Assembly (NCBI GenBank): GCA_021801465.1
Contig: JAJYXY010000052.1
Location: 1-59,936, forward strand
Reading direction: 5' to 3'
DNA: 59,936 nt
Origin: Pseudomonadota bacterium
GTDB lineage: Bacteria > Pseudomonadota > Alphaproteobacteria > Acetobacterales > Acetobacteraceae
Shown here piece by piece: positions 11,009-21,949 of the stretch. Numbering within the stretch: position 1 is the stretch's first letter; every line of letters starts with the position of its first letter. The position numbers and the translations under genes were made by a program. The notes below the pieces were generated by a model. The model was not told the origin of the DNA. It made no database searches and saw only the letters and a list, made by a program, of their open reading frames with translations.

Positions 11009-11965
11009 ATGACACCCTTCGATCCGGCTCACTCTGAGGAGGATGTCCACTTGGCGCCGAGTCTCAAGATCATGGGGACGCCGGGGCCATTCACCGAATG
11101 GGGCATCACCCTCGTGCGCGGAATTTTGGCTGCATCCGGCCATACCGCCGCGTTCGAGCCGCTGGCGATGGCCGCCCCGGCCTGGCTGCTGACGGACCCG
11201 GCGCGTGAGCAAAGCGGGGCGGGCGGCGAGCGAGCGGTGCTGTTTCTCTCGCCGGTGCAAAACAGCGTCGATCAGCTCATTCGCCTTCACGCCGACGCCA
11301 TCGCCGCCACGCGCGATCTCACCGCCGCGCTTGCCGCCCTAATCGCGGCGCGCAACGATGAGACCTTGATCATCGAAGCACGCCCGGAGATGGAGCTCGC
11401 GGCCATCCATCGCGCCGTCGCCGCCCATATCCTCGGCGCCACGGCGGAGACGGTGCCCGCCGCCGAAGCCATGCCCGCGCCGCCCACTGAGATCGTCGCA
11501 TTGCAGGGCCAGGCGCAGCTGCTGTCGCGCCAAGTGCTGGCGCCGATGCTCGCCATGCTCGCCGGAGACCGTGCCGCGCGCATCATCTGGCCGCTTTCCT
11601 GTTTTTACTCGGGCGATGCGCCGGGCGAGATGGCCTCCGCCATCATCGAAACCGCCGGCCCGGCGCGGATCCTGCTCTACGGCCCGTATTTTTGCTTGCC
11701 GCCAGGCCGCTGGCAGGCCGATTTCCAGATTTTTTTCTCCAATGATCTGCCCGATGCTCCGTTCGCCGCCGAAATCCTCGCCGGCGCACAAGCGACGCGG
11801 GTCGAGTTTCGCCCGAGCCGCGGCGGTTTGTTTCAGGGTACGATGCAAATCACCATCGAGCAGGCGAGCGACCCGGTGGAATTTCGCCTCTGGCTCCTGC
11901 GCAGCGCGTTCTTCGGGCAGGTTGGCCTGCGCCAAGTGACCTGGCGGCCGCTCGATGCGGCCTGA
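11009..11965 (+). CDS. Hypothetical protein with a C-terminal beta-rich 'GPYxxLPPG' domain, glycan-cluster associated
   Basis: Long ORF with typical codon usage; ILLYGPYFCLPPGRW motif. Start uncertain (ATG 11009). Confidence 0.7.
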   Translation: MTPFDPAHSEEDVHLAPSLKIMGTPGPFTEWGITLVRGILAASGHTAAFEPLAMAAPAWLLTDPAREQSGAGGERAVLFLSPVQNSVDQLIRLHADAIAATRDLTAALAALIAARNDETLIIEARPEMELAAIHRAVAAHILGATAETVPAAEAMPAPPTEIVALQGQAQLLSRQVLAPMLAMLAGDRAARIIWPLSCFYSGDAPGEMASAIIETAGPARILLYGPYFCLPPGRWQADFQIFFSNDLPDAPFAAEILAGAQATRVEFRPSRGGLFQGTMQITIEQASDPVEFRLWLLRSAFFGQVGLRQVTWRPLDAA

Positions 11966-11971
11966 GGCGGC

Positions 11972-12922
11972 TCAGCGCGTGAGCACCAGCATCCAATCCT
12001 CATCGCCCGGGCGCGCGAGAATGGCAGGCGCCTCGATCGGCGCTACCCCGGCTACGGGATCGATCGCCGCGAGCGCAAATCCCGCCGCCCGGATATCGGC
12101 GAGAAACCCCGCCGCGTCGGCATAACGCGAGGCGGCGAACTCGAGGAAAATCGTCAATGCCTCGCCGCGGGCGAGCAGGCCGCGCATGCCCTGCCAGATC
12201 GCGCGCTCCGCCCCCTCGGCGTCGATTTTGATGAAATCGACCCGCTGGCCGCCGATCACCGCATCGAGCGTCGTCGCGTGCAGCGTGATGCCCCGGCCCG
12301 ACGCCCGCTCTGGCGAGACGATATGGGCGTTCTTCGGCTCGCCCTCAGGGATGACGAGGGCGACCTCGGTGCCGTCTTCCGCGCCCAGCGGCGCCGCATG
12401 AAGGGCGACGCGATCGCCAAACCCATTGACCGCGACCGAGCGCTGAAGCCGCGTCATGATCGCGGGATTGGGCTCGAAGGCGTGAACCCGACCGCCCGGG
12501 CCGACGAGATCGGCGAGAAGAAGCGTATAATAGCCGAGATTGGCGCCGATATCGAGGGCAACCATGCCGGGGCGCACCACGTCCAGCATCGCCTCGGTCA
12601 CCCAGGTCTCCCAGTAGCCATCGAGCAGGAGATGGGTCGAGAGGCCGATATCGAGGGTATCGACGAAGAGCTTATAGCGGCCGAGGATGCGGCAAAGCGC
12701 GGTCGCATCGCCGAGATAGGCATTATCGCACAGCCGTCGGATCATGGCCTCGTTCTCATGACGCGGCCGGCGGCGCAGATCGTTGATGTCAAAAAGGAAC
12801 GCAGCCTCCGCCGGGGTGGGCGACAGGCGCGCGCAGGCCGGCGGCGCCGGCACGACCGCCGCCACAGCGTCACCACCTCGCGCCCCGAGCCGCTTCATCA
12901 AACCCCTCACACCTTGCGCCAT
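11972..12922 (-). CDS. FkbM family SAM-dependent methyltransferase
   Basis: LDIGANLGYYT, VHAFEPNP, FIKIDAEGAE. Start uncertain. Confidence 0.9.
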   Translation of the reverse strand: MAQGVRGLMKRLGARGGDAVAAVVPAPPACARLSPTPAEAAFLFDINDLRRRPRHENEAMIRRLCDNAYLGDATALCRILGRYKLFVDTLDIGLSTHLLLDGYWETWVTEAMLDVVRPGMVALDIGANLGYYTLLLADLVGPGGRVHAFEPNPAIMTRLQRSVAVNGFGDRVALHAAPLGAEDGTEVALVIPEGEPKNAHIVSPERASGRGITLHATTLDAVIGGQRVDFIKIDAEGAERAIWQGMRGLLARGEALTIFLEFAASRYADAAGFLADIRAAGFALAAIDPVAGVAPIEAPAILARPGDEDWMLVLTR

Positions 12923-13087
12923 GACCCGCCCCCTTTGCGGCTGATGCCCGCCGAGATCACGCGCCATTGTCGGCCGCCGGGCACCAAGCATTCTTAGCCG
13001 CGGCACGCGGGCGCGCACAAATTGACGCCGCGTGCGGCGGGTGACATGGCGGGCCTTCTTCGTCGCCCGATTTTTGGAGTTCGCCCG

Positions 13088-13906
13088 GTGCGGATCGCGC
13101 TTTTGACGTTCGAGTCTTTTGCCTCCGCCGAAGCGGTGCGGCGCTTCGTTGACGCCAATGCGCAGCGCATCGCCCTCGTCGCCCTCTCCGACCCGCTGGC
13201 GGCGTCATGGCGGCGGGAAATCGGCCGCAGCGTGCGCATGTTGCGCCGCGCCGGCCCGCGCCTCATCCCCTATCTCGTCGCCAATTTCCTCCTCCCGCGC
13301 CTCGCCCCACGCCGGGCTGGCGCACCACCCGAAAAGACGCCGCTCGCGCGCCTCTGCCATGCCCGCGGGATCCCCTGCGTCGCGGTGCCCGACGTCAACC
13401 ATCCCGCGTTTCAGGCGCGACTTGCGGCGAGCGGCGCCGATCTCATCGTTACCTTCCATTGCGATCAGATCCTTGCCCCGGCGACGATCGCCGTCGCCCC
13501 GCTCGGCGGCATCAATGTCCATCCCGGGCTGTTATCGTCTCAACGCGGGCCGACCCCGACCATCGCCGCGCTCGCCGAGGCGCAGCCGCGCTTTGCGGTG
13601 ACGCTCCACCAACTGGTTGCGCGTATCGATGCCGGGCCGGTGCTCGCCGAGGCGCGCTGCGACCTCCCCGCCGGGATCACCGCGCTCGCGGCGGCGCGGC
13701 ACCTGCATCTCGCCGCGGCGCCGATCCTCGAGAAGCTTCTCGACGATTGGGAGCATGGCGACGCGCCCGAGCCTGCGCCAGGCGCGAGCGCCCCCGGCCC
13801 CTATCACAGCTTTCCCACCTGGGCGGAGCTCCGCGCTCTTGCCGCGATCGGCCGCAAACCGGCCGATTGGCGCGATCTCGCTGCCGCCCTCCGGCTCCCC
13901 GCCTGA
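13088..13906 (+). CDS. N10-formyl-THF-dependent formyltransferase (Fmt/PurN fold)
   Basis: INVHPGLL...RGPTP and IDAGPVL catalytic motifs. Start uncertain (13022-13088). Confidence 0.8.
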   Translation: MRIALLTFESFASAEAVRRFVDANAQRIALVALSDPLAASWRREIGRSVRMLRRAGPRLIPYLVANFLLPRLAPRRAGAPPEKTPLARLCHARGIPCVAVPDVNHPAFQARLAASGADLIVTFHCDQILAPATIAVAPLGGINVHPGLLSSQRGPTPTIAALAEAQPRFAVTLHQLVARIDAGPVLAEARCDLPAGITALAAARHLHLAAAPILEKLLDDWEHGDAPEPAPGASAPGPYHSFPTWAELRALAAIGRKPADWRDLAAALRLPA

Positions 13907-13913
13907 GCCGGGT

Positions 13914-15242
13914 TCAGCCGCTGCCGCCGAGGATGTTCTGGTAGAGCGAGGCGAGGCGCCCCTGATAGCGGCCCATGCTGAACAACTCCGCCCGCGCCGG
14001 GCCACGCCGCGCCAGTTCGGCCAACAAATCGGCATCGTTGTCGAGCGTGCGGATCGCGCGTGCCATCGCCGTGACATCGCTCGGATCAACGAGCAGTGCC
14101 GCATCCCCGGCGATCTCGGGAAGCGCGGTCCGGTTCGCGGTCATCACCGGAACGCCGAGCGTCATCGCCTCGAGAACCGGCAAGCCGAACCCCTCGAACA
14201 CCGAGGGAAACAATAATGCCCGCGCGCCACGGAGCAGCATCACCAGCTGCTCGGGCGGAAGATAGGGAATGCGCCGCACCTGCCGATGCGCCGAGACGGT
14301 ATTGTCGCTGATGCGATAAAAGCCGAAACGCTTGTCGTTGATGCGCTCAAGCTCGGCTTTATTCTGCCAGCCCTGCCCGCCGGCGATGACCAGCGGCCGC
14401 CGGCTGCCAGAAGCGGCATAGGCATCGATCAATTTGCCGATATTCTTCTTCGGCTCCAGCGCGCCGATGAAAAGATAGTAATTCCCGGGATCGAGATCAA
14501 AAAGCGGGCCGATCATGTCGTGGAGCTCCGCCTCTGGCAGAGCGACCGCCCGCCCCTCGAGCGTTACCGCCTGATAGGTGTTGGTGACGCGCCGCTCGGG
14601 GACACCGAGCAGGGAGATGATATCCGCGCGCGAATATTCAGATACGGTGACGATATGATCTGCGCGGGCAGCCAGAGTTTGCAAGAGGCGGAAGATATAG
14701 CGCTTATTGTCGAGCGTCATGTATGGGAGACGAAGCGGCACCAGATCATGAATGGTGACGATATTGGGGCAGCCGCGCACCGCGACGGGAAGCGGATGGG
14801 TCGCGTGAAACAGGTCTGGCGGGCTCGGAAGACGCACCGCGGCCAGCCGGCCATAGGCGTAAAACTGCGCCCGCGCGGCATTGAAGAGCCGCGTCGTCAC
14901 ATAGGTCTCGGCGAAATCCCTCGCCTCTTGCCCCGACCTCAACACCGCGCCAGCGCGGGCCAGCCGCTGCGGACGATAGCCGAACGGGGCGCGGAAGAGG
15001 CCGCTGATGGCGCTCGTCACCGGCTCGAGCCAGGGCAGCGCCGGCGGGCGACGCTCGTCAAACAGGCTGATCTCGGCCAGCAGCGGATCACGCGGATCGA
15101 CCGCGACATCGGCGCTCAGCAATGCCTCCGGCGTGAACCCTGCACCCTCGGCCGCGCGGGCGAGATTGCGCGTATAGGTCGCAATGCCGGTACCCATCCG
15201 GTATGCGAGATTGCTTTGGTCGTAAAGAACGCGTCGCACCAT
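13914..15242 (-). CDS. Glycosyltransferase, GT4 family (mannosyl/rhamnosyltransferase-like)
   Basis: GTGIATY, VTIHDLVPL, GALEPKKN, FPSVFEGFGLPVLEAM. Confidence 0.9.
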   Translation of the reverse strand: MVRRVLYDQSNLAYRMGTGIATYTRNLARAAEGAGFTPEALLSADVAVDPRDPLLAEISLFDERRPPALPWLEPVTSAISGLFRAPFGYRPQRLARAGAVLRSGQEARDFAETYVTTRLFNAARAQFYAYGRLAAVRLPSPPDLFHATHPLPVAVRGCPNIVTIHDLVPLRLPYMTLDNKRYIFRLLQTLAARADHIVTVSEYSRADIISLLGVPERRVTNTYQAVTLEGRAVALPEAELHDMIGPLFDLDPGNYYLFIGALEPKKNIGKLIDAYAASGSRRPLVIAGGQGWQNKAELERINDKRFGFYRISDNTVSAHRQVRRIPYLPPEQLVMLLRGARALLFPSVFEGFGLPVLEAMTLGVPVMTANRTALPEIAGDAALLVDPSDVTAMARAIRTLDNDADLLAELARRGPARAELFSMGRYQGRLASLYQNILGGSG

Positions 15243-15521
15243 GCCGACGCTCTCGCACGAAATCGCCGTGCCGCCAAGCAACGGAGGGCGCACGCAAGGG
15301 CGAATGAGCTGGATTAAAAAGAAAATTTTCTTTCTCTAGAGAGAAGCCGCGAAAAGACGTCGCCCCGGTTTTCTCGGCGGGTTGCCGAGCGATACTGGGC
15401 GGCGGTATACCCAAACTCTGGAGCGCCGGGGCAGATCACGGCCAGCGGTGCCAACCCCGGCTCGCAAAACAAAATATCGAACCGATAAAGGCAATAAAGG
15501 CAAAAGCAAGGCGGGCCCCTC

Positions 15522-16037
15522 ATGGATCTCAAAGATTACATCCGCGGCATTCCGGATTTCCCCAAGCCGGGGATCTTGTTTTACGATATCTCCACCCTGC
15601 TCCGGCATCCCGATGCGTGGCAGGTGGCGATGGGGCGGCTCGCCAATGTCGTGCGCGCCTATCAGCCCGACCTCCTCGCCGGCATCGAAAGCCGCGGCTT
15701 CTTGCTCACCGCGCCACTCGCGCTCAAACTCGGCTGCGGCTTCATCATGCTGCGCAAGCGCGGTAAACTGCCAGGGGGCACGGTAGGCCATGATTACGCG
15801 CTGGAATACGGCACCGATCGGCTGGAAATCCAGAAAGACGCCGTCGCCCCTGGCCAGCGCGTGGTGTTGCTTGACGACCTTTTGGCCACCGGCGGCACCA
15901 TGGCGGCAGCGGTGACGCTGTTGCGGAACTCGGGGGCGGTGGTGCCGGCGGCGGCGGCGCTGATCGAGCTTTCCTTCCTCGGCGGCCGGGCGCGGCTCGA
16001 TGTGCCGTTCTCGGCGCTCGTGAGCTATGATGCCTGA
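15522..16037 (+). CDS. apt: Adenine phosphoribosyltransferase
   Basis: [39 protein letters not shown]. Confidence 0.97.
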   Translation: MDLKDYIRGIPDFPKPGILFYDISTLLRHPDAWQVAMGRLANVVRAYQPDLLAGIESRGFLLTAPLALKLGCGFIMLRKRGKLPGGTVGHDYALEYGTDRLEIQKDAVAPGQRVVLLDDLLATGGTMAAAVTLLRNSGAVVPAAAALIELSFLGGRARLDVPFSALVSYDA

Positions 16038-17082
16038 TCGAAAACTCTCGCGCCGGGACGCGCTGCGCCTGGGCTTGGCGGCGGCACTCGCCGCCCACCC
16101 GGCATTGGCGGCCTTGCCGAACCAACCCTTCCCCGACGGCGCGACCCTGCTCATCGCCGGGCCGGCCGGCGGCCGGCTGGATCGGATTTCTGCCCATCTC
16201 GCCGGCGCCTTGCTACCCGGCTTGCCCTCGGGGACGATGATCAGCCGCGTCGCCCGCGGCGGGCCCGACGGCGTTGCCGGCGCCAATGAATTCTCCGCCC
16301 GTGTCGCGGCCGACGGCGCCGCCGCTTTGGTCCTGCCCGGCATCGCGGTGATCAACTGGCTGGCCGGTGATAGCCGCTGCCATTTCGAGGCCAATCGCTT
16401 CGTCCCGGTGCTCGGCGGCCTCACCTCACGCGTGCTGCTTGGGCGGAATGGGATCGATCTTACCGCCGCCACACCGCTTCGCGTCGCCGCCGCGCGCGCG
16501 GTCGGCCCGGATCTGCCGGCGCTGCTCGGGATCGACATGCTGGGCGGGCGGGCGCAGCCGGTGTTCGGCCTCGACGGGGTCGCCGCGCGGGGCGCGCTCG
16601 CCCGCGGCGAGGTCGACGCGGTTTTAGTGCAGGGCGCCGACATCGCCGAGACCCGCCTCGCCTTGGCGACGCTGGCCACACCGCTGTTTTCCTTCGGCAT
16701 GATCGACGCCTCTGGCCAGCTCGCCGCCGACCCGGCGCTGCCCGACGTGCCGCATTGGCCCGCGCTCTATCAAAAAATGCGCGGGGCAGCGCCCGCGGGG
16801 CCGATCTATGCCGCATGGCAAAGCGCGGCGGCGGCGGCGATCCTGGATTTCGCGCTAGTTCTGCCGGCCTTGACGCCGCCGGCGATGGTCTCGCTCTGGC
16901 GCGCCGCCGGTGGACAGGCGATCGCCAATCCCGGATGGCAGCAAAGCGCGCGCCTCGACGCAAACCGCCTCCTCCCCGGCCCGGAAACCATGGTCTGCCT
17001 CGGCGGCGGCGCAAGCAAGCCGCCGGTGCTGACCGACCTCCGCCACTGGCTTGCCGAGCGCATGGATTGGCGCCCAGGCTAA
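16030..17082 (+). CDS. Tat-exported, divergent Bug/TctC-like solute-binding protein
   Basis: Twin-arginine signal SRRDAL; [28 protein letters not shown] and PALPDVP resemble the TctC pattern. Confidence 0.6.
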   Translation: MPDRKLSRRDALRLGLAAALAAHPALAALPNQPFPDGATLLIAGPAGGRLDRISAHLAGALLPGLPSGTMISRVARGGPDGVAGANEFSARVAADGAAALVLPGIAVINWLAGDSRCHFEANRFVPVLGGLTSRVLLGRNGIDLTAATPLRVAAARAVGPDLPALLGIDMLGGRAQPVFGLDGVAARGALARGEVDAVLVQGADIAETRLALATLATPLFSFGMIDASGQLAADPALPDVPHWPALYQKMRGAAPAGPIYAAWQSAAAAAILDFALVLPALTPPAMVSLWRAAGGQAIANPGWQQSARLDANRLLPGPETMVCLGGGASKPPVLTDLRHWLAERMDWRPG

Positions 17083-17365
17083 CGAACGGGCCGGGCTCGC
17101 GTTCTCGCGGCTGGCATACGCGGGCAGCACGCCGTGATGCGGCATCGCACGAAAAAATGCCGCCGCGCCGCCTTCGGCAATCCTTTCTTCATCTCTCGCT
17201 GCCAAAAACAAAGGGCGCTGATCGCGGCCCATCGGATCAGCGTTCGCGTCGCGGGCGGATATGAAACGCGCCGCGCGCGAACCAGATCCCGCCCGCGAAG
17301 GAGTCGCGGTCAACGGGCTTTGGTCTTCTCTCTGGTTTCATCGCGCGCTGGAAGATGCAAAACGC

Positions 17366-18115
17366 ATGCCCATAACGCCTCACCTTTTTCTCGCGACCCC
17401 CTGTTTTGGCGGGCTCGTCACCCAAGGCTACATGGAATCGGTCATCGCGCTCATGCAGGAAGCCCCGAGCGCCGGGTTTGACCTCTCGCTCGCCCTCCTC
17501 GGCCATGACGCGATGATCAGCCGCAGCCGCAACACTCTGGTTGGGCATTTTTTACGCCATACGGTCGCGACCCATCTGCTCTTCATCGATGCCGATATCG
17601 CGTTTGCCCCCGAAAGCGTCACCCGGTTGGTGCGCGCCGAAAAAGATCTCGTCGCCGGGATGTATCCGATCAAGGCCCTGCATTGGGACGAGGCGGCAAG
17701 GGCGCGCAGCGCGCGCGGCGAGGCCGAGGAAACCGCGCCATTGCTTTACGTCGGCGAGCCGTGCCGGGGTGCGGCGGCGCGGCGCGAGGGCGATTTCATC
17801 ACCGCCGATTTTGCCGGCACCGGATTCATGCTGATCCACCGCCCCGTCATTGAGCGCATGATCGCAGCCTACCCCGAAACCCGCTATGGCGCGGCGCATG
17901 TCTTCAGCACCGGCCTATCGGCGACGAATTTCAACCACGCCTTGTTCGACGGCATGATCGACCCCGAAACCAACATGTATCTCAGCGAGGATTACACGTT
18001 TTGCCGGCGTTGGCGGCAACTCGGCGGCAGCCTGTGGCTCGATACGCGATCGCGCCTCACCCACACCGGCGCCCATGATTTTCGCGGCAACCCCGGCATG
18101 CGCTACGCCGTTTGA
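17366..18115 (+). CDS. GT-A fold glycosyltransferase-like protein
   Basis: ATPCFGG, ISRSRN, THLLFIDAD (DxD), GTGFMLIHR, YLSEDYTFCRRW, LTHTG. Confidence 0.8.
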   Translation: MPITPHLFLATPCFGGLVTQGYMESVIALMQEAPSAGFDLSLALLGHDAMISRSRNTLVGHFLRHTVATHLLFIDADIAFAPESVTRLVRAEKDLVAGMYPIKALHWDEAARARSARGEAEETAPLLYVGEPCRGAAARREGDFITADFAGTGFMLIHRPVIERMIAAYPETRYGAAHVFSTGLSATNFNHALFDGMIDPETNMYLSEDYTFCRRWRQLGGSLWLDTRSRLTHTGAHDFRGNPGMRYAV

Positions 18116-18157
18116 CCATTCTCATGCCAAGCGGTACATCTCATAAATAACGTGATT

Positions 18158-18190
18158 GTAGAAAATTTTCTACTGTTAAGGATTCGTTCA
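18158..18190. promoter_or_regulatory. Perfect 16-bp palindrome plus CtrA-like box containing a GANTC site
   Basis: GTAGAAAATTTTCTAC (18158-18173); TTAA-ggattcg-TTCA (18176-18190) is a 1-mismatch TTAA-N7-TTAA. Confidence 0.55.
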
Positions 18191-18248
18191 TAATTCTGCG
18201 CTATCTCTCGCCATGCCCGATGTTGGGCAAAATTGTCATGGTGTGATC

Positions 18249-18692
18249 ATGTCCGGCGAAATCTCCGTCAACATGGCGGGTTTGCCGAGTGTCTTAGCTC
18301 CTCGCTCGGCGGCGAACCAACCCCCATCGCTCTCCACCGCAAGCGCGGCTTCGGCCAGCGCGGCCCCCGCCACGACCGCGGCAACGGCCCAAACGCCATT
18401 CCTCAACCCACAGATGACGATCGATCCTGCGCTCGGCATATCCGTGATCGAGTTTTTGAGCACGACCGGCGCCGTGGTGAACTCGATCCCCTCGCAGCAT
18501 CAGCTCGAGATGTATCGCCAAGCGCAGGCGGGCCCACAAGCCGGCTCGTCAGCAACGGCGCCAGGGACAATGGCCCCAGCTGCAACGACACTTGCGGCAA
18601 CGGCTATGACCACGCCGGCGGCGCAGAATGCCATCGCCGCGGCGAGCCATCCCGCGGCCAATCCCACCGCGGCCACGCCGCAGGACGGCTGA
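18249..18692 (+). CDS. FlaG-like protein
   Basis: Core NPQMTIDPALGISVIEFLSTTGAVVNSIPSQHQL resembles the FlaG 'D...V.V.D..TGEVIRQIP' motif; Ala/Thr-rich flanks. Confidence 0.55.
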   Translation: MSGEISVNMAGLPSVLAPRSAANQPPSLSTASAASASAAPATTAATAQTPFLNPQMTIDPALGISVIEFLSTTGAVVNSIPSQHQLEMYRQAQAGPQAGSSATAPGTMAPAATTLAATAMTTPAAQNAIAAASHPAANPTAATPQDG

Positions 18693-18703
18693 TCGATGGC
18701 AAG

Positions 18704-18736
18704 ACCATGATCGCTCGATCCCGAAGCGATCATGGT
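18704..18736 (+). terminator. 12-bp stem hairpin downstream of the FlaG-like gene
   Basis: ACCATGATCGCT-N9-AGCGATCATGGT; no strong U-tract. Confidence 0.45.
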
Positions 18737-18888
18737 TCGCGCCCCCCTTGCGTCGTCGCCTCGGTTACGCGTTTTTGCACGAACGCCCGGTTATTCTGCT
18801 TCAGGCGCTTACGCGCTCATGTCCCGTTTCAGAAATTCGCACGCGCATGTCTTGGACACGCGCTCTTTGTTTTCAGTGGCCTGCTGAT

Positions 18889-18914
18889 CCCTGAAATATC
18901 GAAGCATTTCAGGG
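18889..18914 (-). terminator. Hairpin immediately after the tyrA stop
   Basis: CCCTGAAAT-N8-ATTTCAGGG. Confidence 0.45.
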
Positions 18915-18915
18915 G

Positions 18916-19803
18916 CTAGGCCTGGTGGAGATCGATCAGGCTCTGGCGGATCTTGCGGCCGCGCTTGACTTTGTCCTCGATATAGGCGCCATCCGCCCAG
19001 CGCACCGCGCGCGCCATCGCTTGCGCGTCCTCCATGAAGCGCGCCAGCATCTCGAGCAGCGCCTCGCGGTTATTGAGGAAAACATCGCGCCACATCACCG
19101 GGTCGGAGGCAGCGATGCGGGTGAAGTCGCGAAAGCCGCTGGCGGCGAATTTCAGTACCTGGCTCCGGCTCTCATCGGCGAGATCGTCGGCGGTGCCGCA
19201 GATCGTAAACGCGATGAGATGCGGCAGGTGGCTCACGATCGCGAGCACCCGGTCATGATGCCCGGCCTCCATCGTCTCAACCATCGCGCCACAGCGGCGC
19301 CAGAATTCACCAACCCGCGCCACCGCTGCGGGGTCACAATCCTCGGGCGGCGTCAAAATCGTCCAGCGCCCCTCAAATAGGGTCGCAAACCCTGAATCGG
19401 GGCCGGAATGCTCGGTGCCGGCCAAAGGGTGACCGGGGACGAAATGCACGCCGGCGGGGAGATGCGGGGCGACGTCGCGGAGCACCGATTGCTTGGTCGA
19501 GCCGACATCGCTCACGATCGCCCCGGGCGTGAGCGCCGGCGCCATGGCCGCCGCAATCGCGCCATAGGTGCCGACCGGGGTGCAGAGCATCACGCCATCG
19601 GCCCCGGCCACCGCCGCCGCCGGATCTTCCTCGACGCGGTCGGCAAGGCCGAGTTCGTGCACCCGCGCGCGGGTTGCGGCACTTTGCGCACAGGCGACGA
19701 TTTCGCCGGCGAGATCGCCGCCCGCGCGCGCGCGGCGCGCGATCGAACTGCCGATCAGCCCGACGCCGATCAGCGCGAGGCGACGAAAAACCGGCTCAGC
19801 CAT
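18916..19803 (-). CDS. tyrA: Prephenate/arogenate (cyclohexadienyl) dehydrogenase
   Basis: [28 protein letters not shown]...[15 protein letters not shown]; start ATG 19803 overlaps hisC. Confidence 0.93.
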   Translation of the reverse strand: MAEPVFRRLALIGVGLIGSSIARRARAGGDLAGEIVACAQSAATRARVHELGLADRVEEDPAAAVAGADGVMLCTPVGTYGAIAAAMAPALTPGAIVSDVGSTKQSVLRDVAPHLPAGVHFVPGHPLAGTEHSGPDSGFATLFEGRWTILTPPEDCDPAAVARVGEFWRRCGAMVETMEAGHHDRVLAIVSHLPHLIAFTICGTADDLADESRSQVLKFAASGFRDFTRIAASDPVMWRDVFLNNREALLEMLARFMEDAQAMARAVRWADGAYIEDKVKRGRKIRQSLIDLHQA

Positions 19804-20902
19804 GCCGCGCGCGGGCCATGAACTCAGAGAGCGCGGCCGCGACCATCTCGCATTCCTCCGCTGTCCCGATGGTGATGCGAAGGCAATGCGGCAGATCATA
19901 GCCGCCCATCGGCCGGACGATGATGCCTCGCTCGCGGAGATGGGCGTTGGCGGCAGTGGCACGCTCTGGGGTCGCGAAATCGGCGAGTAGGAAATTGCCC
20001 TCGCTCGGCCAGATGGTGATGCCCTGGGCACGCAACGCGTCCCCGAGCCACTGGCGCCAGTGTATGTTGTGGTCGCGGCCTTTTTCCACCCAGCCGGGTT
20101 CAGCCAACGCCGCGATCGCCGCCGCCTGGGCCGCGGCATTGGTGTTGAAGGGGTTGCGCACCCGGTTCATGACATCGATCACCGCGGGCGGCGCATAGGC
20201 CCAGCCGAGACGAAGCCCACCCAGGCCGAAGATCTTCGAAAATGTCCGCGTCATCACGACATTGTCGCCGGCGTCGACGAAGGCAGCACCCGGCTCGTAA
20301 TCGGCGCGGGTGACGTATTCGGCATAAGCGGCGTCAAGCAAAAGCAGCACCTCGGCCGGCAAACCAGCGCGCAGCCGCGCAATCTCGCGCGCGGTGAGCA
20401 GGCTTCCGGTCGGGTTATTGGGGTTGGCGAGGCAGACGAGGCGCGTTGCCGGCGAGACGGCGGCGAGAATGGCATCGACATCGGCGGTGAGGTTGCGTTC
20501 GGGCACCTTGATCACGCGCATCCCAGCATAGCGTCCGGCGATATGATACATGGAAAACCCGTGTCGGGTCATGATCAGCTCGGTCCCTTCCCCGCCATAG
20601 GAGAGGGCGAGCTGATAGATCAGATCGTCCGAACCGTTGCCACAGACGATGCGCGCCGGATCGAGGCCGAAACGGGCGCCGATGGCGGCACGGAGCGCGC
20701 TTGCGGCACCATCCGGATAGCGGAAAATCTCCGGCGCAAGCTGGGCGTAGGCCGCCTGCGCGCCAGGCGGGGCGCCGAACGCGCCCTCATTGGAGGAGAG
20801 TTTGAGCACCCGGTTGACGCCGGGGACATGCGATTCACCACCGATATAGGGGGCAATGGTGAGAATTTCGGGGCGTGGGCGCGGCCCCATCGCTGTGCTC
20901 AT
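19796..20902 (-). CDS. hisC: Histidinol-phosphate aminotransferase
   Basis: [37 protein letters not shown]. Confidence 0.95.
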   Translation of the reverse strand: MSTAMGPRPRPEILTIAPYIGGESHVPGVNRVLKLSSNEGAFGAPPGAQAAYAQLAPEIFRYPDGAASALRAAIGARFGLDPARIVCGNGSDDLIYQLALSYGGEGTELIMTRHGFSMYHIAGRYAGMRVIKVPERNLTADVDAILAAVSPATRLVCLANPNNPTGSLLTAREIARLRAGLPAEVLLLLDAAYAEYVTRADYEPGAAFVDAGDNVVMTRTFSKIFGLGGLRLGWAYAPPAVIDVMNRVRNPFNTNAAAQAAAIAALAEPGWVEKGRDHNIHWRQWLGDALRAQGITIWPSEGNFLLADFATPERATAANAHLRERGIIVRPMGGYDLPHCLRITIGTAEECEMVAAALSEFMARARHG

Positions 20903-21837
20903 GGCTGATCATCCTCAAACGGCTCGGCATAGGCGCCGAGCCGCACGGCGGGGCGCAAAAGCCCCTCGATGGCGGCAAGACGCGGATCGTCTTCGGCGAT
21001 GAAGCCGGCGAGATCAACCAGCGCCTGGGCGGTTTTTTGCTCGCCCTCGCGGCGCAGCAGAATGGTGCCGGCGCTGAGGCCGGCAGCGGCGATTTGGCTC
21101 GCGAGGCGGGCGCGGCTGGTCTCGGCGGGGAATTCGAGGCCAAACAGGGTGCGATCGGCGCCGCTCTCGTCAGGGGTGATGGCGGCGAGCGCGAAGGCGT
21201 TGGCGCGCGGCGCCCCTTCCGGGCGCGCCGCCCAGAACGGCAAACGGGCGACGATGTTAATCCGCGTGCGCTCCCCAGGGCCTTCGGCGCGCGAAAGGGG
21301 CGCCGCCTCCTGATGCAGAAGGGCTGTCCACCAGGGCGTGCCGCTCGCATCTTCTTCGACCGGCAGCGGCAGAACGGCGGCGCTCGCATGGCCCGCGGCC
21401 ACCTCACCGATCGCTTGCGAGGGGCTGCGATGGGTGCGAATTGGGGTCAACGCGCCGAAATGCTCGCGCGCCAAAAGCGCGATCGCATTGTCAGCGCCGC
21501 TTTTTGCTTCCGAGACCACGACGGTGAAATGCCCCTGCTGGGCGAGGGAGCCTGCGAGTATTTCGCGCCAGACGCGCACCAATGCCTGGCATGGCAAGGG
21601 GTTCCCGGTGTTTCTGCCAAGCAGGCGGCGCAAGATCGCCGCTTCGCGCCCCGGCCGCAGCGGGATGCCGCCATTTTTCAGCGCCGCGACTTCGGCGACG
21701 ATGGCCGCCCGGCGTTGCAAGCCGGCGAGCAGAGCGTCGTCGATGGCGTCGAGTTCGGCGCGCAAGGCTGCAAGGCTGCGTCGCTCGGGCGCGGCACTCG
21801 GCCCCTTGTCGTCGGAAGAAATTTCGATGCTGGACAT
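20899..21837 (-). CDS. Chorismate mutase (AroQ) with a degenerate prephenate-dehydratase-like C-terminus
   Basis: [16 protein letters not shown]...RR...[12 protein letters not shown]; conserved CM-hisC-tyrA operon; start ATG 21837. Confidence 0.85.
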   Translation of the reverse strand: MSSIEISSDDKGPSAAPERRSLAALRAELDAIDDALLAGLQRRAAIVAEVAALKNGGIPLRPGREAAILRRLLGRNTGNPLPCQALVRVWREILAGSLAQQGHFTVVVSEAKSGADNAIALLAREHFGALTPIRTHRSPSQAIGEVAAGHASAAVLPLPVEEDASGTPWWTALLHQEAAPLSRAEGPGERTRINIVARLPFWAARPEGAPRANAFALAAITPDESGADRTLFGLEFPAETSRARLASQIAAAGLSAGTILLRREGEQKTAQALVDLAGFIAEDDPRLAAIEGLLRPAVRLGAYAEPFEDDQP

Positions 21838-21915
21838 GTTTCCAAACGGATGCTCTGATCCTCTGATAGCTGAACCCCAGGCCCTGGCAAATACCCTGCC
21901 CCGAGCCTTGCGGAC

Positions 21916-21949
21916 AAAAGTTTTTTGGCTCTTTTTTTCAAAAAAGAGC
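21916..21949 (+). repeat. AT-rich hairpin repeat, copy A
   Basis: AAAAGTTTTTTG-GCTCTTTTTTTCAAAAAAGAGC; near-identical to copies at 35792, 37624, 57196 and 57298. Confidence 0.9.
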
